Origin: Blepharisma stoltei ATCC 30299
Lineage: Eukaryota; Protista; Ciliophora
Assembly (NCBI GenBank): GCA_965603825.1
Contig: CBFDEM010000028.1
Location: 496,001 to 560,000, forward strand
Direction: 5' to 3'
DNA: 64,000 nt
Of this stretch, positions 25,350 through 38,300 are shown in pieces (within the stretch, counting starts at the first letter, position 1; the number at the start of each line of letters is the position of its first letter). The translations under genes and the position numbers were made by a program. The notes under the pieces were generated by a model. The model saw nothing but the letters and a program-made list of their open reading frames with translations, did not search any database and was not told the origin of the DNA.

Positions 25350-25955
25350 ATGGCAGACGAAGAATCAGACGAGATAGACTTCTCTAAGATGAAAAAAAAG
25401 AAAAAGGCAAAGCCAGGTCCTGCTCCTGCAAAGAAAGAGGCAAACCTTGTTCAAGACGCAGATAACAAATATGATGAAATGCTTGCACGCATTTTCGAAA
25501 GACTAAGAAAGCAAAAAGGAGTCGTTGGAAGCATTGATAATCAGCGCTGCGTTGTAAAACAGCCAGAAGTCGTCAAAATTGGTTCAAAGAAAACCGGCTG
25601 GGTCAATTTCCAAGACATCTGCGATATGCTTAAACGTCCATCAGACCACATGTCCCGATTCTTCTTCGTAGAACTTGGCACTGATGGCAGCATTACCCAA
25701 GACCAGCAGCTTATATTTAAAGGCAGATATCTAGAAAAACAAATAGAATTTCTACTAAAAAAATACATCACCGAGTACGTTCTCTGTCAAAACTGCAAGA
25801 GTATGCAGACTACCCTCACAAAAGATTCAAGCATCAGAATGTTTACCATGAAGTGTGAAAAGTGCGAATGTACCCGAAGTGTCCAGCCTATTAAAGAAGG
25901 ATACCATCATCAGACCAAAGCAGACAGAAAGAAAGCAAAAAATATGGCTAATTAA
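25350..25955 (+). CDS. EIF2S2: Translation initiation factor eIF2 beta
   Basis: Poly-Lys box, GSKKTGWVNF, ELGTDGS, EYVLCQNCKS...CEKC zinc ribbon. Confidence 0.95.
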   Translation: MADEESDEIDFSKMKKKKKAKPGPAPAKKEANLVQDADNKYDEMLARIFERLRKQKGVVGSIDNQRCVVKQPEVVKIGSKKTGWVNFQDICDMLKRPSDHMSRFFFVELGTDGSITQDQQLIFKGRYLEKQIEFLLKKYITEYVLCQNCKSMQTTLTKDSSIRMFTMKCEKCECTRSVQPIKEGYHHQTKADRKKAKNMAN

Positions 25956-25983
25956 ATTCTTAGTTAGAATAGTGCTATAAATA

Positions 25984-27267
25984 TTATGATAGACCTGTGA
26001 ATGCGTAGCTTGCTGAGGAGACACCTAAAAGGATAAGTAAAACACTCCAAAGAGATATAGATATAACTACTGGGTAGTTATTAGAAACATTTCAATATAC
26101 CAAGGTGGGGATTATAATGTCAAAAAGTATCACTGTGGTTCCTCCTATCACTTTGTAGTATGTAAATGGGATTGAGAAAAAGTAAGCACAAACTCCTAGG
26201 TGGATACATATAAGCAATTTAATGAGAAAATAGGAGGTAGGGCTAAAGCTAATGCATGGAAATATGTCGACCACCATCATAGCGAATTGGTGCAAGTTTA
26301 TAACTGTGTTTACTGTCAATATTATAATAAATAGCATTTTTGCGATAATTAAAAGCCAATTTGCTTCTGTGCTTAAGCTTTCAGCGATGCTGTTGTAATA
26401 GTAAAATAAAAATAAAATAGAAAATAAAATACAGCTAAACCCAAACTGAGCATATTTCATACTTTCAGTAGCTGCATATGCCCCTTTCTTAAAATTCTCA
26501 TATGCCATTGGAATAGTAAACAGTGCATGAAAAGTATAAACAACCACTGTTGCACTATCAGCAAATCCTGCATTTATCGTTATTGGTTTAGATTCTGTCA
26601 GCATCTCAATGATTCCTTCAAAATAAAATGGAATTTGCACCAATACAATTGATGTCAAATAGAAAACTGAAATCCAGCAAACCACTGAAAAATATTTTAT
26701 TATTGTCTTCTGTTTAAATACCCCTAAGGCTAGAACTATTAATACCAGGCAAAAATTCAGAAGCATCTGATAGTAATTATTTTCAATCTGATAGCTACTT
26801 GCTGTAAATAAAATTTCCTTAAAAAATCCTGCTGCAAATGCTTGATTGGAACACAGCAGTCCAAAAATGCTTAAGCCTAAGCAGATTTTCATAAATTTCC
26901 TTGTCCTTTTTCCATAGAGATGATAAATCATAGTCATTAAGTTTGATTCATGAGTAGAATTCAGACCCCACCTAATCACATCTTGAAAATACACAAAAGT
27001 CAGTCCTGTTGTCGTAAAAATTATTGATCCAAGGATTAATCCACACTCTCTAAATAAAAAGTCCAAACAATAAAACCCTGCCCCTATGCATCCTGAGCTT
27101 AAAAGACTGATTTCTGCTTTTCTTGAAGAAGAAAATAAGCATGAAAAAATTCTTTGTCTGCATGACACATTTGGAGTGGTTTTTATCTCCTCGTGGTCTG
27201 TTGAGGCAGACTCAGTTTGATCAGCATATAAAGGTTGTGTTAAGTCCGAAACTTTTATAAGGGACAT
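25984..27267 (-). CDS. Divergent amino-acid transporter (Aa_trans/SLC38-like, ~427 aa)
   Basis: Multiple TM segments, SGCIGAGFYCL near N-terminus; reads through TGA 26092 to TAA 25984. Confidence 0.75.
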
Positions 27268-27857
27268 TAATATGAAATATATAAAAAGAAGCAGATATTG
27301 GATAAATAAAATTTTCGAAAGGAATTACAAAGGAAATTTGCTGGATGGAGATATTTGATTATGCTGAGAAAGGAAAGATATTTGGTGGTCAAGTATGTAA
27401 ATAAAAAAATGGCATAGTGATTCTGAAAGATATTGATTTATAATAAAAGGATGGATATCAGGCTGAGTTTTTTATTATTTAATCATTATTTTATTTCATT
27501 TTTATTCTTTTATCTATAATTTCAGCTTGTTTTTTAAGTCTAATATCATGCTCTTGCTTTATTATTTAATCGTTTGTTTCCTCGATTATTAACTTGTTTA
27601 AAACTATATATTTTTCCCGAATCTTCTTATATTTCATTTTTGGAAAAAAATTTATAGTAAGCAGTTTTGTATAGAAAGATTTCCTATAAATATTGATATT
27701 TTGTAAAATGCTCATACTAAAGCTTCTGCTAATTTCAATGCCTTATCAAAGCACTTAATCGATTAAATTACTCTAAATCTAAAAATTGTTTACTTATTTT
27801 TCATTTTATAATATCTTCCATTTCTATTGATATGTTCTGACTTCCTCTATTATAAAA

Positions 27858-29330
27858 ATGGGAAACAAAGGATCAAACTCAAGCCTTTCTGATATCTTCA
27901 GTGGCTATAGCGATGATGAAAACATAGAAATTATCCAAGAAGAAACTAAAGTCTCCGTAGCAGCTACTTCTAATCCTCAAAGATTGCAATTATCAATGAA
28001 AGCAGCCTTAAGTTACCTTCAGCTGAACAGTTCGGCAGCCCAAGAACTGCCTTGTTCTTTTTCTATGCAAGCTTTGGAATCATCTCCAACTGAAGGAGGA
28101 GTACGCCAGGGTATTGATATTGTATGTGTTATTGATGTAAGTGGAAGCATGCAAGGAGATAAGATTGAACTAACCAAAAAAACATTAGAGTTCATGGTAG
28201 GCAAGCTAGAACCAAAGGATCGCATGAGTTTAGTGTTATTTAGCTCCGAAGTAAGAAGAATACTCCCTTTGATCAAAATGACAGAAGTCGGTAAGCAGAG
28301 AGCCTTATCAAAAATAGCTGAAATCCACGCTGGAGGAGGCACAGAACTTGTTGAAGGTTTAGATCACGGGCTAAAAGTAATTGAAGATAGAAGGATTGTC
28401 AATCAAATAACCTCTATTATTCTACTTACTGATGGGCAAGATAATAACGGCAGCACCGCCTTAGATCGTGCTAAACTCAGAGTCGATTCAGCCAAAACCA
28501 AAAACTATTCAATCCATACATTTGGCTATGGCTCCGATCATGATGCCAAGCTTTTAAATGCCATTTCTGAATGGAGAAACGGGGGTTTCTATTATATTGA
28601 AAAAAATGACTCAATCCCAATGGCTTTTTCTAACTGTCTTGGAGAACTCATGTCAACTGTCGCTGACCAAATCCAAGTAAGATTCCAAACTCAAGCTGCA
28701 GATATTCCATTTGCCCTCACCAAGGTATACTCAGAAAGCGGTGACTCTGTATTTTCAATGCCTCCTGTCCTCACAGGTGACAAAAAAGAAGCCATTTTTG
28801 TATTAAATTTCCCTCCTTGTCAACAACAAGTACCAGAAGGCCATTCAATTAGCCCAGTTAAAGGTTTTATTACATATAAGCAAATTCAGACAGGGGAAAC
28901 TGTGGAAGAAGAATGCACAATTAATATCCCAATTTTTAATGAGAGCGCCCAAATAGACTCTATTGAGCTTGATGAAGATGTAATGGTCAACTTTTATAGA
29001 GTCAAAGCGGCAGCTATATTAAAAGAAGCTGCAGAGTTCGGGGAAAGATCAGATATGGAAGGAGCAAGAAACTTGCTGCAAAGAGGAGCAGATGAACTGA
29101 GAAATTCAGTTGTAGCAGGCAATGAAATTGTGAAGCTGTTAATAAGTGACTTGGATGGAGCAAAAGCTAGATTTGTGGACTATCAGGCATATGAGTATGG
29201 AGGAAGGGCTGAAATAAAGAGCAAGGCAAGAGGACATTGGAATAAAAGAGCACAAAATGCTGAGTGCTATATGAATAGCTGCCAAAAAGCTATGAACTTT
29301 TCTTCTCAAGAACATTTCAGCAAAAATTAA
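27858..29330 (+). CDS. vWA-domain protein with putative N-myristoylation (490 aa)
   Basis: MGNKGS N-terminus; MIDAS DVSGSM, GGGT, LLTDG, HTFGYGSDHD. Confidence 0.88.
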   Translation: MGNKGSNSSLSDIFSGYSDDENIEIIQEETKVSVAATSNPQRLQLSMKAALSYLQLNSSAAQELPCSFSMQALESSPTEGGVRQGIDIVCVIDVSGSMQGDKIELTKKTLEFMVGKLEPKDRMSLVLFSSEVRRILPLIKMTEVGKQRALSKIAEIHAGGGTELVEGLDHGLKVIEDRRIVNQITSIILLTDGQDNNGSTALDRAKLRVDSAKTKNYSIHTFGYGSDHDAKLLNAISEWRNGGFYYIEKNDSIPMAFSNCLGELMSTVADQIQVRFQTQAADIPFALTKVYSESGDSVFSMPPVLTGDKKEAIFVLNFPPCQQQVPEGHSISPVKGFITYKQIQTGETVEEECTINIPIFNESAQIDSIELDEDVMVNFYRVKAAAILKEAAEFGERSDMEGARNLLQRGADELRNSVVAGNEIVKLLISDLDGAKARFVDYQAYEYGGRAEIKSKARGHWNKRAQNAECYMNSCQKAMNFSSQEHFSKN

Positions 29331-29370
29331 TTAATAAAAACTCTCTAATAAAAGACTCCACTTAAAATAA

Positions 29371-29961
29371 TTACTCTTTTAACCTCAAAAATTTATATAC
29401 CTTCTCTACAAGCAAATCTTTGTAAAATGATATGCTATTATGTGTCGCATATGACATAAAAGTGTCTGATATGATACAAAAAATTGAGCTAAATATCAGC
29501 CGGTATTTCATGGATACCAAATAAAAACAGATAAAAGATGCTGGAAACCAATATAAAGATCCACCAATAAATACAGGCATGAAGTCTTCCTGCAGCTTCT
29601 TTTCAAGTGAAGTGTCAGATCTCTCAAAAACGTTGGTTCAAGTCATAAACATTGCAATTTCAAAAGGTCCGAATAAAAACATATCCAGACCTGTTTTTAT
29701 CAAAGCTTTAGGGGCAGTCAGCTGGTGTCCTACGATTCTGTCTAATAGATGAAGCCAGTAATATCCTTCTATTATAGTTTCAAAAACCCCATATGTATTC
29801 ACTACAAGTGATCTCCTAATGCTAAAAGGGTGCTTTTCGACAAAAACCTGAGCAATGCCATCTCCAACCCAGCCCATGAAAACAGCAGTCATGAGCTGGG
29901 TTTTAAATGGTTGGGATTCGAGAAGTTTATTGTAAGCAATCCACGCTCGAATTAATACCAT
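29371..29961 (-). CDS. Mpv17/PMP22 family membrane protein
   Basis: YNKLLESQPFKTQ, GDGIAQ, KTGLDMFLFGP, YWFPASFICFYLV; joined via TGA 29638. Confidence 0.88.
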
Positions 29962-30025
29962 TTCTATTGGAAATTTCTGCGATATTTAAGAAAACACAAT
30001 TAAAGCTTATTATAATTTATCATCT

Positions 30026-31138
30026 TTAGACCTTAGTTTTAGCTCTTTTGATATGCAGGCCTTTGTTTTCTGATAGATATTTCAAATAAGGTTCATTATA
30101 AAATTGTGAAATGTCATCTGGCTGGGTTGAGACTTCTTGAGTTTTCTCAGTTGAGGAGTCTGGCTTTTGTTGGAACTCTTTTGAATTTTCAAATGTTTTT
30201 AAATATCTTTTGCCGGGGCTTGTGGATTTTGGCCGAGATAGCTTTCATCCAGTTACTCCTGTCCTGTATACTGGTGTTTCTACAGGTTTTTGTTTACTTA
30301 AATCAAACCTTCTTTTCATTTGTATAAATTTCGAGTTAAAAGCTTCTAAATCAATGAAATTCTGGTCATGCTCATTTGGAAAATCTTTTTGCTGGGTGAT
30401 AAGCCCTCTTGGCCTAGCATATGTATGAATAATATATTTATTATAAGCCTCTGGGTTTGGATACAAAGTTTCATCAATCACAATAGTCTGTTCTGATTTC
30501 TTTATATTAGATAATATCGGCGATGGTGACGTAAAATTTTCTGGAGGCTTATATTCAAACCTCTCATTAGATTTACTCGTAGGACGTGTGATAATTTGAT
30601 TTATAATACTATTAGATATACGTGTATCTTTAGAGGTAGAATAAATCAATGGCAATGGCACATCTTTGCAGGACTCCAAAGGAGAAAGCTGAGGAATAGG
30701 CGCTCGCTTAGAAAGGATGCCAATTTGTCCATTTGTGATGCCTAGGTATTTAATAGAATAGCAAGGCGACTGGATTTCTTTGTTAAATTCAGGCTTGATA
30801 ACTTCAGTTTTTTGGTCTTCGGAGTATTGGTAAAGTTGATTATATTTGAAGTTTTCGTCAGAAAAATCGTTATTGAGCTTTAAAAGCCTGTCCTCGTATT
30901 CTGCGAAGTTTGTGGTGTGAGGACGAGTTTTAAGAGGATTTGCAGTAGATGCTCTTTGTTTTATCCGTTGCCGATTGGTAGGAGAAGCTGTTTTAGGGGG
31001 ATTAATTCTTAAAAATTTGTGCCAGCCTTCAGGAACTGAACTTTCCCATCTGAATCTGGAGCCTTCTTGTTTGGATTCTTCTTCTTTGCTTGCTTTTCGC
31101 TTCGCAGTGGCTTGGGCTATGAGTTTTGGGTTATTCAT
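30026..31138 (-). CDS. Hypothetical protein (~370 aa; 1 TGA=Trp)
   Basis: ORF 30245..31138 continues through TGA to TAA 30026. Confidence 0.65.
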
Positions 31139-31478
31139 TATAAATTTACTGGAAAATGAAAATTAAAATTGTTTTGATGCTAGAGAATTTAGTAAATTTT
31201 TTAAAAGGAATTTAAAAGAAGAATGATAAGACTACAACTCCAAAATTTATTTTATTTAGACATATTGCGAGTCATTTTAAGCTCTTTCTAAATAATCATA
31301 GTTAATAGTTATTTTATTTGAATTTTAGATTGCTTGATGATTTGATGTATTCTCTTTTATTATTAAAACCTTAACCTAAGATCAACCATCCTTTCTCTAT
31401 AAACTTATTGCTATATCTTATTTTCAAAAAACCTCATAAAATTTCTTAAATTTCCATTTCTTTGGTATTGATTAATTT

Positions 31479-32312
31479 ATGTTAAGGACTTTACTAAAGA
31501 GATCATTTGCCTCCAAGGTAGACTATTACCAAATCCTAGGAATCGAGCCATCCGCCAAGCCAGCTGAGGTAAAACAAGCTTATAGAGAATTAGCCAAAAA
31601 GTTTCACCCTGATATTGCAAAAGACCCTACATCCCAAGACAAATTCAGACTGATAACTGAGGCTTACACTGTCCTTCACAACTTAGAGACCAGGACCACA
31701 TACGATCTCACCAAAGGCAGCAAGGACGAAATTAAGTCAATTTTAGAAAAAAGAAAAGACCATCTCAACCTTGGTGCTACAATCCCCAACTACCAGCCTC
31801 ACGAATACGGCTACAAGCGCCTCAAAGAGCTCGCAGAAGAAAGGAAAAAATATAACCTTGACAAGTTCTATAACTTCCGTGGTGGAGTCCCACAAAAAGG
31901 AATGGAAGCAGTCAGAGGAAATTCTGTAGGACAGACTGGAGAAAGAGTCAATACATGGGCTATGAACAATTACGCAAAAGATTGGCTAGCTATTCCAAGG
32001 GATTCTGATTATGTAGGGGAAACTGAAGCCCAGTCATTCAAGATGTATAAAGATCTAGACTATCATGTTCTTTCTAAAAGAAAACCTTATATGCCAGCTG
32101 AAATTGATTATACGCTGACTGAGTTTAGAGTTATTAAGAGCTATGCGCTGTTTTGGACTATCTTTGTAGCATTCTTCGGAGGGATTTATTTCCATGATGA
32201 GATTTTTAAGGCAGCAAATAGACTGAAGATTGAGAAGCTGAAAGAAGTTGCCAAGCATGGAGGCGAAAAAATTGAATTGGTGGGGCTTAAAGCTGCAGCG
32301 TTTAAAGCTTAA
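31479..32312 (+). CDS. J-domain (DnaJ) protein, likely mitochondrial, with C-terminal TM helix
   Basis: MLRTLLKRSF presequence-like N-terminus; DYYQILG...HPD; hydrophobic YALFWTIFVAFFGGIYF. Confidence 0.88.
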   Translation: MLRTLLKRSFASKVDYYQILGIEPSAKPAEVKQAYRELAKKFHPDIAKDPTSQDKFRLITEAYTVLHNLETRTTYDLTKGSKDEIKSILEKRKDHLNLGATIPNYQPHEYGYKRLKELAEERKKYNLDKFYNFRGGVPQKGMEAVRGNSVGQTGERVNTWAMNNYAKDWLAIPRDSDYVGETEAQSFKMYKDLDYHVLSKRKPYMPAEIDYTLTEFRVIKSYALFWTIFVAFFGGIYFHDEIFKAANRLKIEKLKEVAKHGGEKIELVGLKAAAFKA

Positions 32313-32371
32313 GTTAAGACAGTATTGTCTCTGAGATTAATAGCTAGGATATATCAGAAATTTTAGTATAA

Positions 32372-35300
32372 TTAATCGTCAAGCTGAGTAAATAAAGCAG
32401 TTCCTCGCTTAACCCAGTGGGTGTTTTTATATAATGAAGGCAATAAAACTGGCATAATGAAGTTTGTGGAATGCCCAGTTGTGGATAATGTGCCTGCTCG
32501 AGTAAGGGTTCGATACATTGGGCATTCATAAATAAAGTCATTTTTAGTCTTTCTTTCTGATTTTACCTCAGGCTTTAGTCATAGCTAAATAAAACTTACA
32601 ATTGGTAATTCAGAATATAGCATTCTTGGTAAGCATTCAACTAGTCCATTACCATCCCACATTGCGGCTTCTAAATAAAGTCCATCAACATAAGCTCCTA
32701 CTTGAGGTGGCTCTGGGGCTGTATTTTTTATAATATCAAAAGAAAATGTTAAGGAATCTATTGAGTTTTTGCTGAGCCTTGCAAATTCTTGCAAAATCGA
32801 CGTTAAAAAGGACTGAGTAAAAAAGAACCCAGAGATCCAAAACACAGCTGGTCTTCCTTCTGATATCCAAGTATTAAAAAACTGGATCCTTTTGTTTAAA
32901 TCTTCAACCCACGATACTAAATTTTTATTGGTTGGGTAGGAAATTTGTTTCCATTTCTTGGGGATCTGGTTTTTCAGCATGCTTTCTCCTAAAGATTCCT
33001 GCTCAACAGTAATTAAAATAGTCCCATCGTGGGCTTTTTTTAGCTCTTCAAGAGATTTCATGATGCATTCAAGCAGATTATTATATCTCGCTACTTCTTG
33101 TAAGAGAACAGTATTTAAGGTATCGTTATAGCTCAATGGGTATTTTTTTTCGATTTCTTCTATGTCGAATTTCTTATTCAGCTTATTGATGATTTTTTCT
33201 GATAAGGATAATAACTGTTCTTTCTTTGCTTCAAATGTAGACTCTACTGCTCTTGGCTTTAAGGACAATAAACGGTTGCATAGGTCATAGGCTTCGTTTC
33301 TTGATCTTGAGATTTCAGCATTTGGGTGAAGCCCAAAAACTTCAGGGCTTTCCATTTCAGGAAAAGTCCTAATGTGGTCTAAAATAAATTCTAGAGAACT
33401 CAGCTCTGAAGGAAGATGATAACCATCTACAAGGTCAGTTAAACTGAAATTTTGGTCACCTAAGATTCCAGGCTTATAAAATGATGTAAGAATTTCTTTT
33501 AGAAGTCTTCGATCTCAGTCATCAGTAACTCGTCCTCCATAATTGCACTCTGCAGTTAAATGTATCAATGCTTCATATGGAATATTGTCGCTATTATTGA
33601 TCATAAGCATAAGTTGCCTCGAAGAAATCCTAAGGTCGCTTTCATTGAATTCATATGGGATGTTAAATCCAATTGCTCCATATTTTGTGCGTTCTTTTAT
33701 AACGCAGTGGAAAAAGCAAAGCCCAAAAAATAATTTTCCCCATATATTAGGCTTTGCTGAGGAAAAATAAAATTGGCTTTCTTCTTTAGAAGCAGAGATC
33801 CCTTGGTAGGTATTGACCATACTGTCCAGTAAACCATTAGGAGATTGGCTTCTTGCCTTTATACACCTATGAAGCAAATTAGAAGGAAAATCTGATGTAG
33901 GGCTGCTTGTCAGAATTAGTCTGAAACTGGGGTTGATTGGGACTGTCGATCTTTCGTTTTCTACTTGCAGCTTATCTATTAAGCTGTCTAGGGTAGGAAG
34001 TCATGATATAGCTAAATGGCAGTTCTGAAGAAGCACCCAGTTTCCTGTTTGTGTGGACTCTTTAATTGCTTTTTGAGCTCTTTCGCCTTGTCCTTTTCCA
34101 AGAGAAAGTGTGGTTAAGTAGATGGCGTGCTCTGTTGTATATCTTTTTATCAAGGCTTGAGGGTCATTTCCGCTGCTGAGGATAAAAATTAAGGGCTTTA
34201 GAGGGGAAGTTTCGTTGTAAGCGTTTTGGAAGCTAAATAATGGAGGATGTAAGTAGCTTTCTCCTAATACAGTTTTTATGAAAGCTTTAATAGCTACTCC
34301 TAGTGATTCTGGCTTGACTGCTCTTAATATCAAAAGTTTCATGAAATCTGGCTGCTCTTGATAAGGATGAGGAATTTGCTTAGAAAATTCTTCAAAGCTA
34401 GGGATAAATGTCCAATTGTTATCAGAATTTACAAAATTTCTCCATGCATTGCTATGTTTCAACAAATGCTCTTCAAACCCTTCAACTTTTTCAGATAACT
34501 GACAAACTTCTCGCCATTGTTTATCACTAATAAACTCCAGTGGGCTTTCTCTCGCCTCAGCTATTTTCCACATCCCAGTTAAGAAAAATCTCCATTCCCA
34601 AGGATTTATTTCTCCATTATGTTTCATAATCCTAATAGCCATTAAAAACACAAATAAAAATTTATCTTCTTCACACAAAGATGAGCAGATCGTCTGAAAC
34701 AATTTTTCTCTAAATTTCAAGACTATATGTTTAACTCTATCATGAATTTCTTTCGCTTTTTCAGCTTCACTCAGAGCCTTTTTAAACAGTGCCAAAAATC
34801 AATCCATAGAAAATTGATACATTGGGTCTAAATTTGCTAAATCAGCTACACAGAAATATAAAACCGAGCTTAAAGCTGCAGCTGGCTCATAGTTTGCTTG
34901 GAATTGCTGAATTTTGTGCTCTGATTGTTTAGCAGTCGTAAGCTTCCTTTCTACTTCTTCAGACATTTTTTTTGACTCTGTTAAAGAGTTGATGAGTTCT
35001 TCATTATCAAGAATAGTGTCTCCACCAGATTGAAGCATTTCAAGGATTTTGTCTTCAAAAGCTTGCATGTTTTTCATGTACTCTGCTGATTGGATTATTA
35101 GTCTGTTTCTTTCTTCTGTGTCTCGAGGGATCTCTTTTCTGCAGACAAATGCTAAAAGCTGCTCACTGAGGCCTTCTTCAGTGATAGTGAAGTTGAGGAT
35201 TGTTACTTTTGTTGAAGTTTCAGGGGTATAATGAGGATTGGGGAGGTTAGTTAGCATGTATAAAGCAAAATCGTCATCGTATTGCTTAGTAACTTCTCCT

Positions 35301-38300
35301 ATTTTTATAGACTTCATTCCATCTTCCATAAACACTTGTTTTTGCAATACAGACTCCAAAATTGGATCTAGTGTTTCTCCAGTGTCTTCAATAATCAAAG
35401 AAGCTCCTAAAAACAACGCATTTTCTAATACAGATAAAAAGTCTTCAGAACCAACTTTTACCCTTAAAAGCTTTTTATCTCCTTGATATACCATTTTCCT
35501 AAGCCATTTAGCAGCTTGTCCTTGTGGGTCAATAATTAAAGGCCAATTTGTAGAATGGTTCAAAATTATCGCATTTTCTATTGACACTTTATCAGATGGA
35601 AGCCCATGTATCGTCCAATTTTGAATTTTGATCGGATCGCCTACAGTTTCTATCAGCGAAAAATTCTTTGAGCAGTCTATAAAAGCTGATGACTGTACAT
35701 ACGGAATCCATTTCGAAATAATTAACTGATCTCTATAATTCCACATAAATGGCCCCATATACGACACAACTCCAGCCGACAGCAAAATATCCCCTAACAG
35801 ATTTTTCATATCATTAGACAATGCGTCTACTTTTTGTCCCCATCGTTCTCTTTCTCCTCCTAGTTTTTCTATCAATTTAACAGCTCTTTCTTTCTTAATT
35901 TCACAGAGCTGGATCTCATTCTGCAAGGCTTCTTTTTCTTGATTTTGTATCATAAGTTTTTCTTTAAGTTCCTTTATATACATTTCCACTCTGTCTAATT
36001 TCTCTTGTTTTTCTTTAAGCAGAAGCAGTTTTTCTTTCATTATTTCTTTAGCTGTTTTTAATGCTTCTTGTTTAGGCTTTACTTCATTATTTACGTGGTA
36101 GAAGTTGTACATAGCCCTTATTCATTTACAGAGACCTTCTGCTGCACTTGAAGCATTTTTGACCATGCTTGGCTGGAATTTGGGATTGTCCATATACTCT
36201 GTAAGAGGGTTAATCGCAGTGTCTGTAAGAGCGTCTCTATTGAATTTTTTCAGTTTTTTAATAAATTTGGGATTATTTAGCATTCTTTTGCCTGTCTCAA
36301 AATAGTCAAGAATATAGTTATTTTTATCACTTGTATCTTTTACCCTTGTTGGAGATTCCCCACACATAATAGCAAGAGCTTCAAGAGTCAGTCTAATCGG
36401 ATCAGGAGGGTGCTGCATTGTTTTAACCAAATTCAAATCTTCTCTTTTTAAGGTATCCAGTGCTTTTATTGCACTTTCCAGCTCAGGCAAAGCAATTGCT
36501 AAAGCTTCTTCACATTCTTTTTTGATCCTTTCAGCTTTTGCGGCTTGCTCTTGTGATGCTTGTTGTTCAGACTCTACAATGATTCTTGTCTGGTCAGCGT
36601 CTTCATTTTCTTTTTGGATTTGCTGGACAATTTGTTCGGCAGCCACCGTTTTTTGCTCAAGTATGGGCTTTAAGGCAATTAAATCTTCTCTCAGTTTTTC
36701 TACGTGCTGCTGGGCTTGGTTTAGCTGATAAATGCCTTGTGAGTATTTATTTTTTAGCTTTATAGTGGTTTCTTCTTTGATTCGGAAGAGGTTTTTGAGG
36801 TTGTTTAGGAGCTGGAGATAGTGTGTAGGGGTGACGTAGTTGTATCGTCTGTATTCTTGTAAGTATTCTTGAGAGAGTTCTCTTACTGATTGATGGAAAT
36901 ATACACAGACTTTGGAAGCGTTTTTTAGACCTTGTGTATATCCAGAAAATCCTTCCTCTTCCATAAAGTGTGCTGCTACATCCGATAATGCTTCAGATGG
37001 TCACTCACTAAACCAGTCAATTGTACAGCAGTTAACTAAAGATGGAAACTGTCTCAACCTTGATTTTAAAGTATCCCCTATCGGAGACATACAAAGTACA
37101 ATATGCAAGTTCTTTTTAACTAGCTCTAAAAATGCTTCCCATTTCTGCTGTTCATTTTTCAAACTAAACGCCCTGTTTTGTCTCATTTTGTCAGTCAGTC
37201 CTTGCATTTCATCATTAGTAAACAAATTCGGGACTTGTCCAGAGTTCAGCAGATTATTGATGCTTTCCAAAAAGCTTTCCTGAATAATTTCATTATCCCT
37301 CAAAATAAAAACCACATGTTTGCACTCCACCCCTGATATATTGATGAGCTGTTTTAAATCAGCTGACCAATCAGAAAACCCATAAGATTTCGTTAATTTA
37401 ATCTGGAAAACTTTATACTCTAGCACAAATGAGCACAATTTTGTCAAACTTTGCCTGCCACTGCCTCCTACCCCAATAAGTAGCAAATTTCCGCAGTTTC
37501 AAGTCAAAACTCTGCTGATTCTCGTTATATGCCTTACTGCAAAGTCAAATAAAACTAAATTCATTTTAGCAGTTGTCGCACTGTTGTAATCTTCTAAAGA
37601 GTTTTCAAGCGAATCTTTAAGTCTTTTTATGTTTGATACTTCTTGGTATATTTTATCATCAAGAAAGCTGCAAAATATTGGTTCTGCTTCTATTGCATTA
37701 TCATAATACACCTTAAAGCCTAAGTTTAGATTTCTTTTTACCAATGACATAAACTTTCTACGGTCATCGTCACAAATTAAGCGGTCAGAAAATGCTCGTA
37801 AGCACTCATGGACCCAAATTTTGTAAAGAGTTTCTACTTTATATAGCTTTTGAGGAGGCGCTGCTGTGATCCCTTTGACAACGTTCATTAGATCTCTTAT
37901 GTTGAATGTGTAGTGAGATTTCATAGGTGTTGGAGGCAGAGTTTGTAGAGTTTCAAGGTAAACTTTTATGCTTGCGTTGGCTATTTGTGGGATTGAGTCT
38001 GCGATTACTCTTGCGTACTCGTTAAGACTGCTTGAGAGGGCTGTGCTTATGATGGTAAATAAAGAATTGGTGTCGTAGTTTGAAAAATTCATGAGGACAA
38101 AGTGGGAAGAAAACCTGGATGATATGTGGTTTCGTCCTCCTCCAGGGTGTCCCATTATGCCGATGTAGGTTAAATCTTCAAGAATTTTGAGTTCAAGAGT
38201 TTTTCTGTCATAAAGCTCGTTTCTGTCTATTGCTTGGCGCAGAACTTCAATTGCAGGCTGGGCACCATATGAGTCTTTAGAAGGCATATTCAAGTCATCG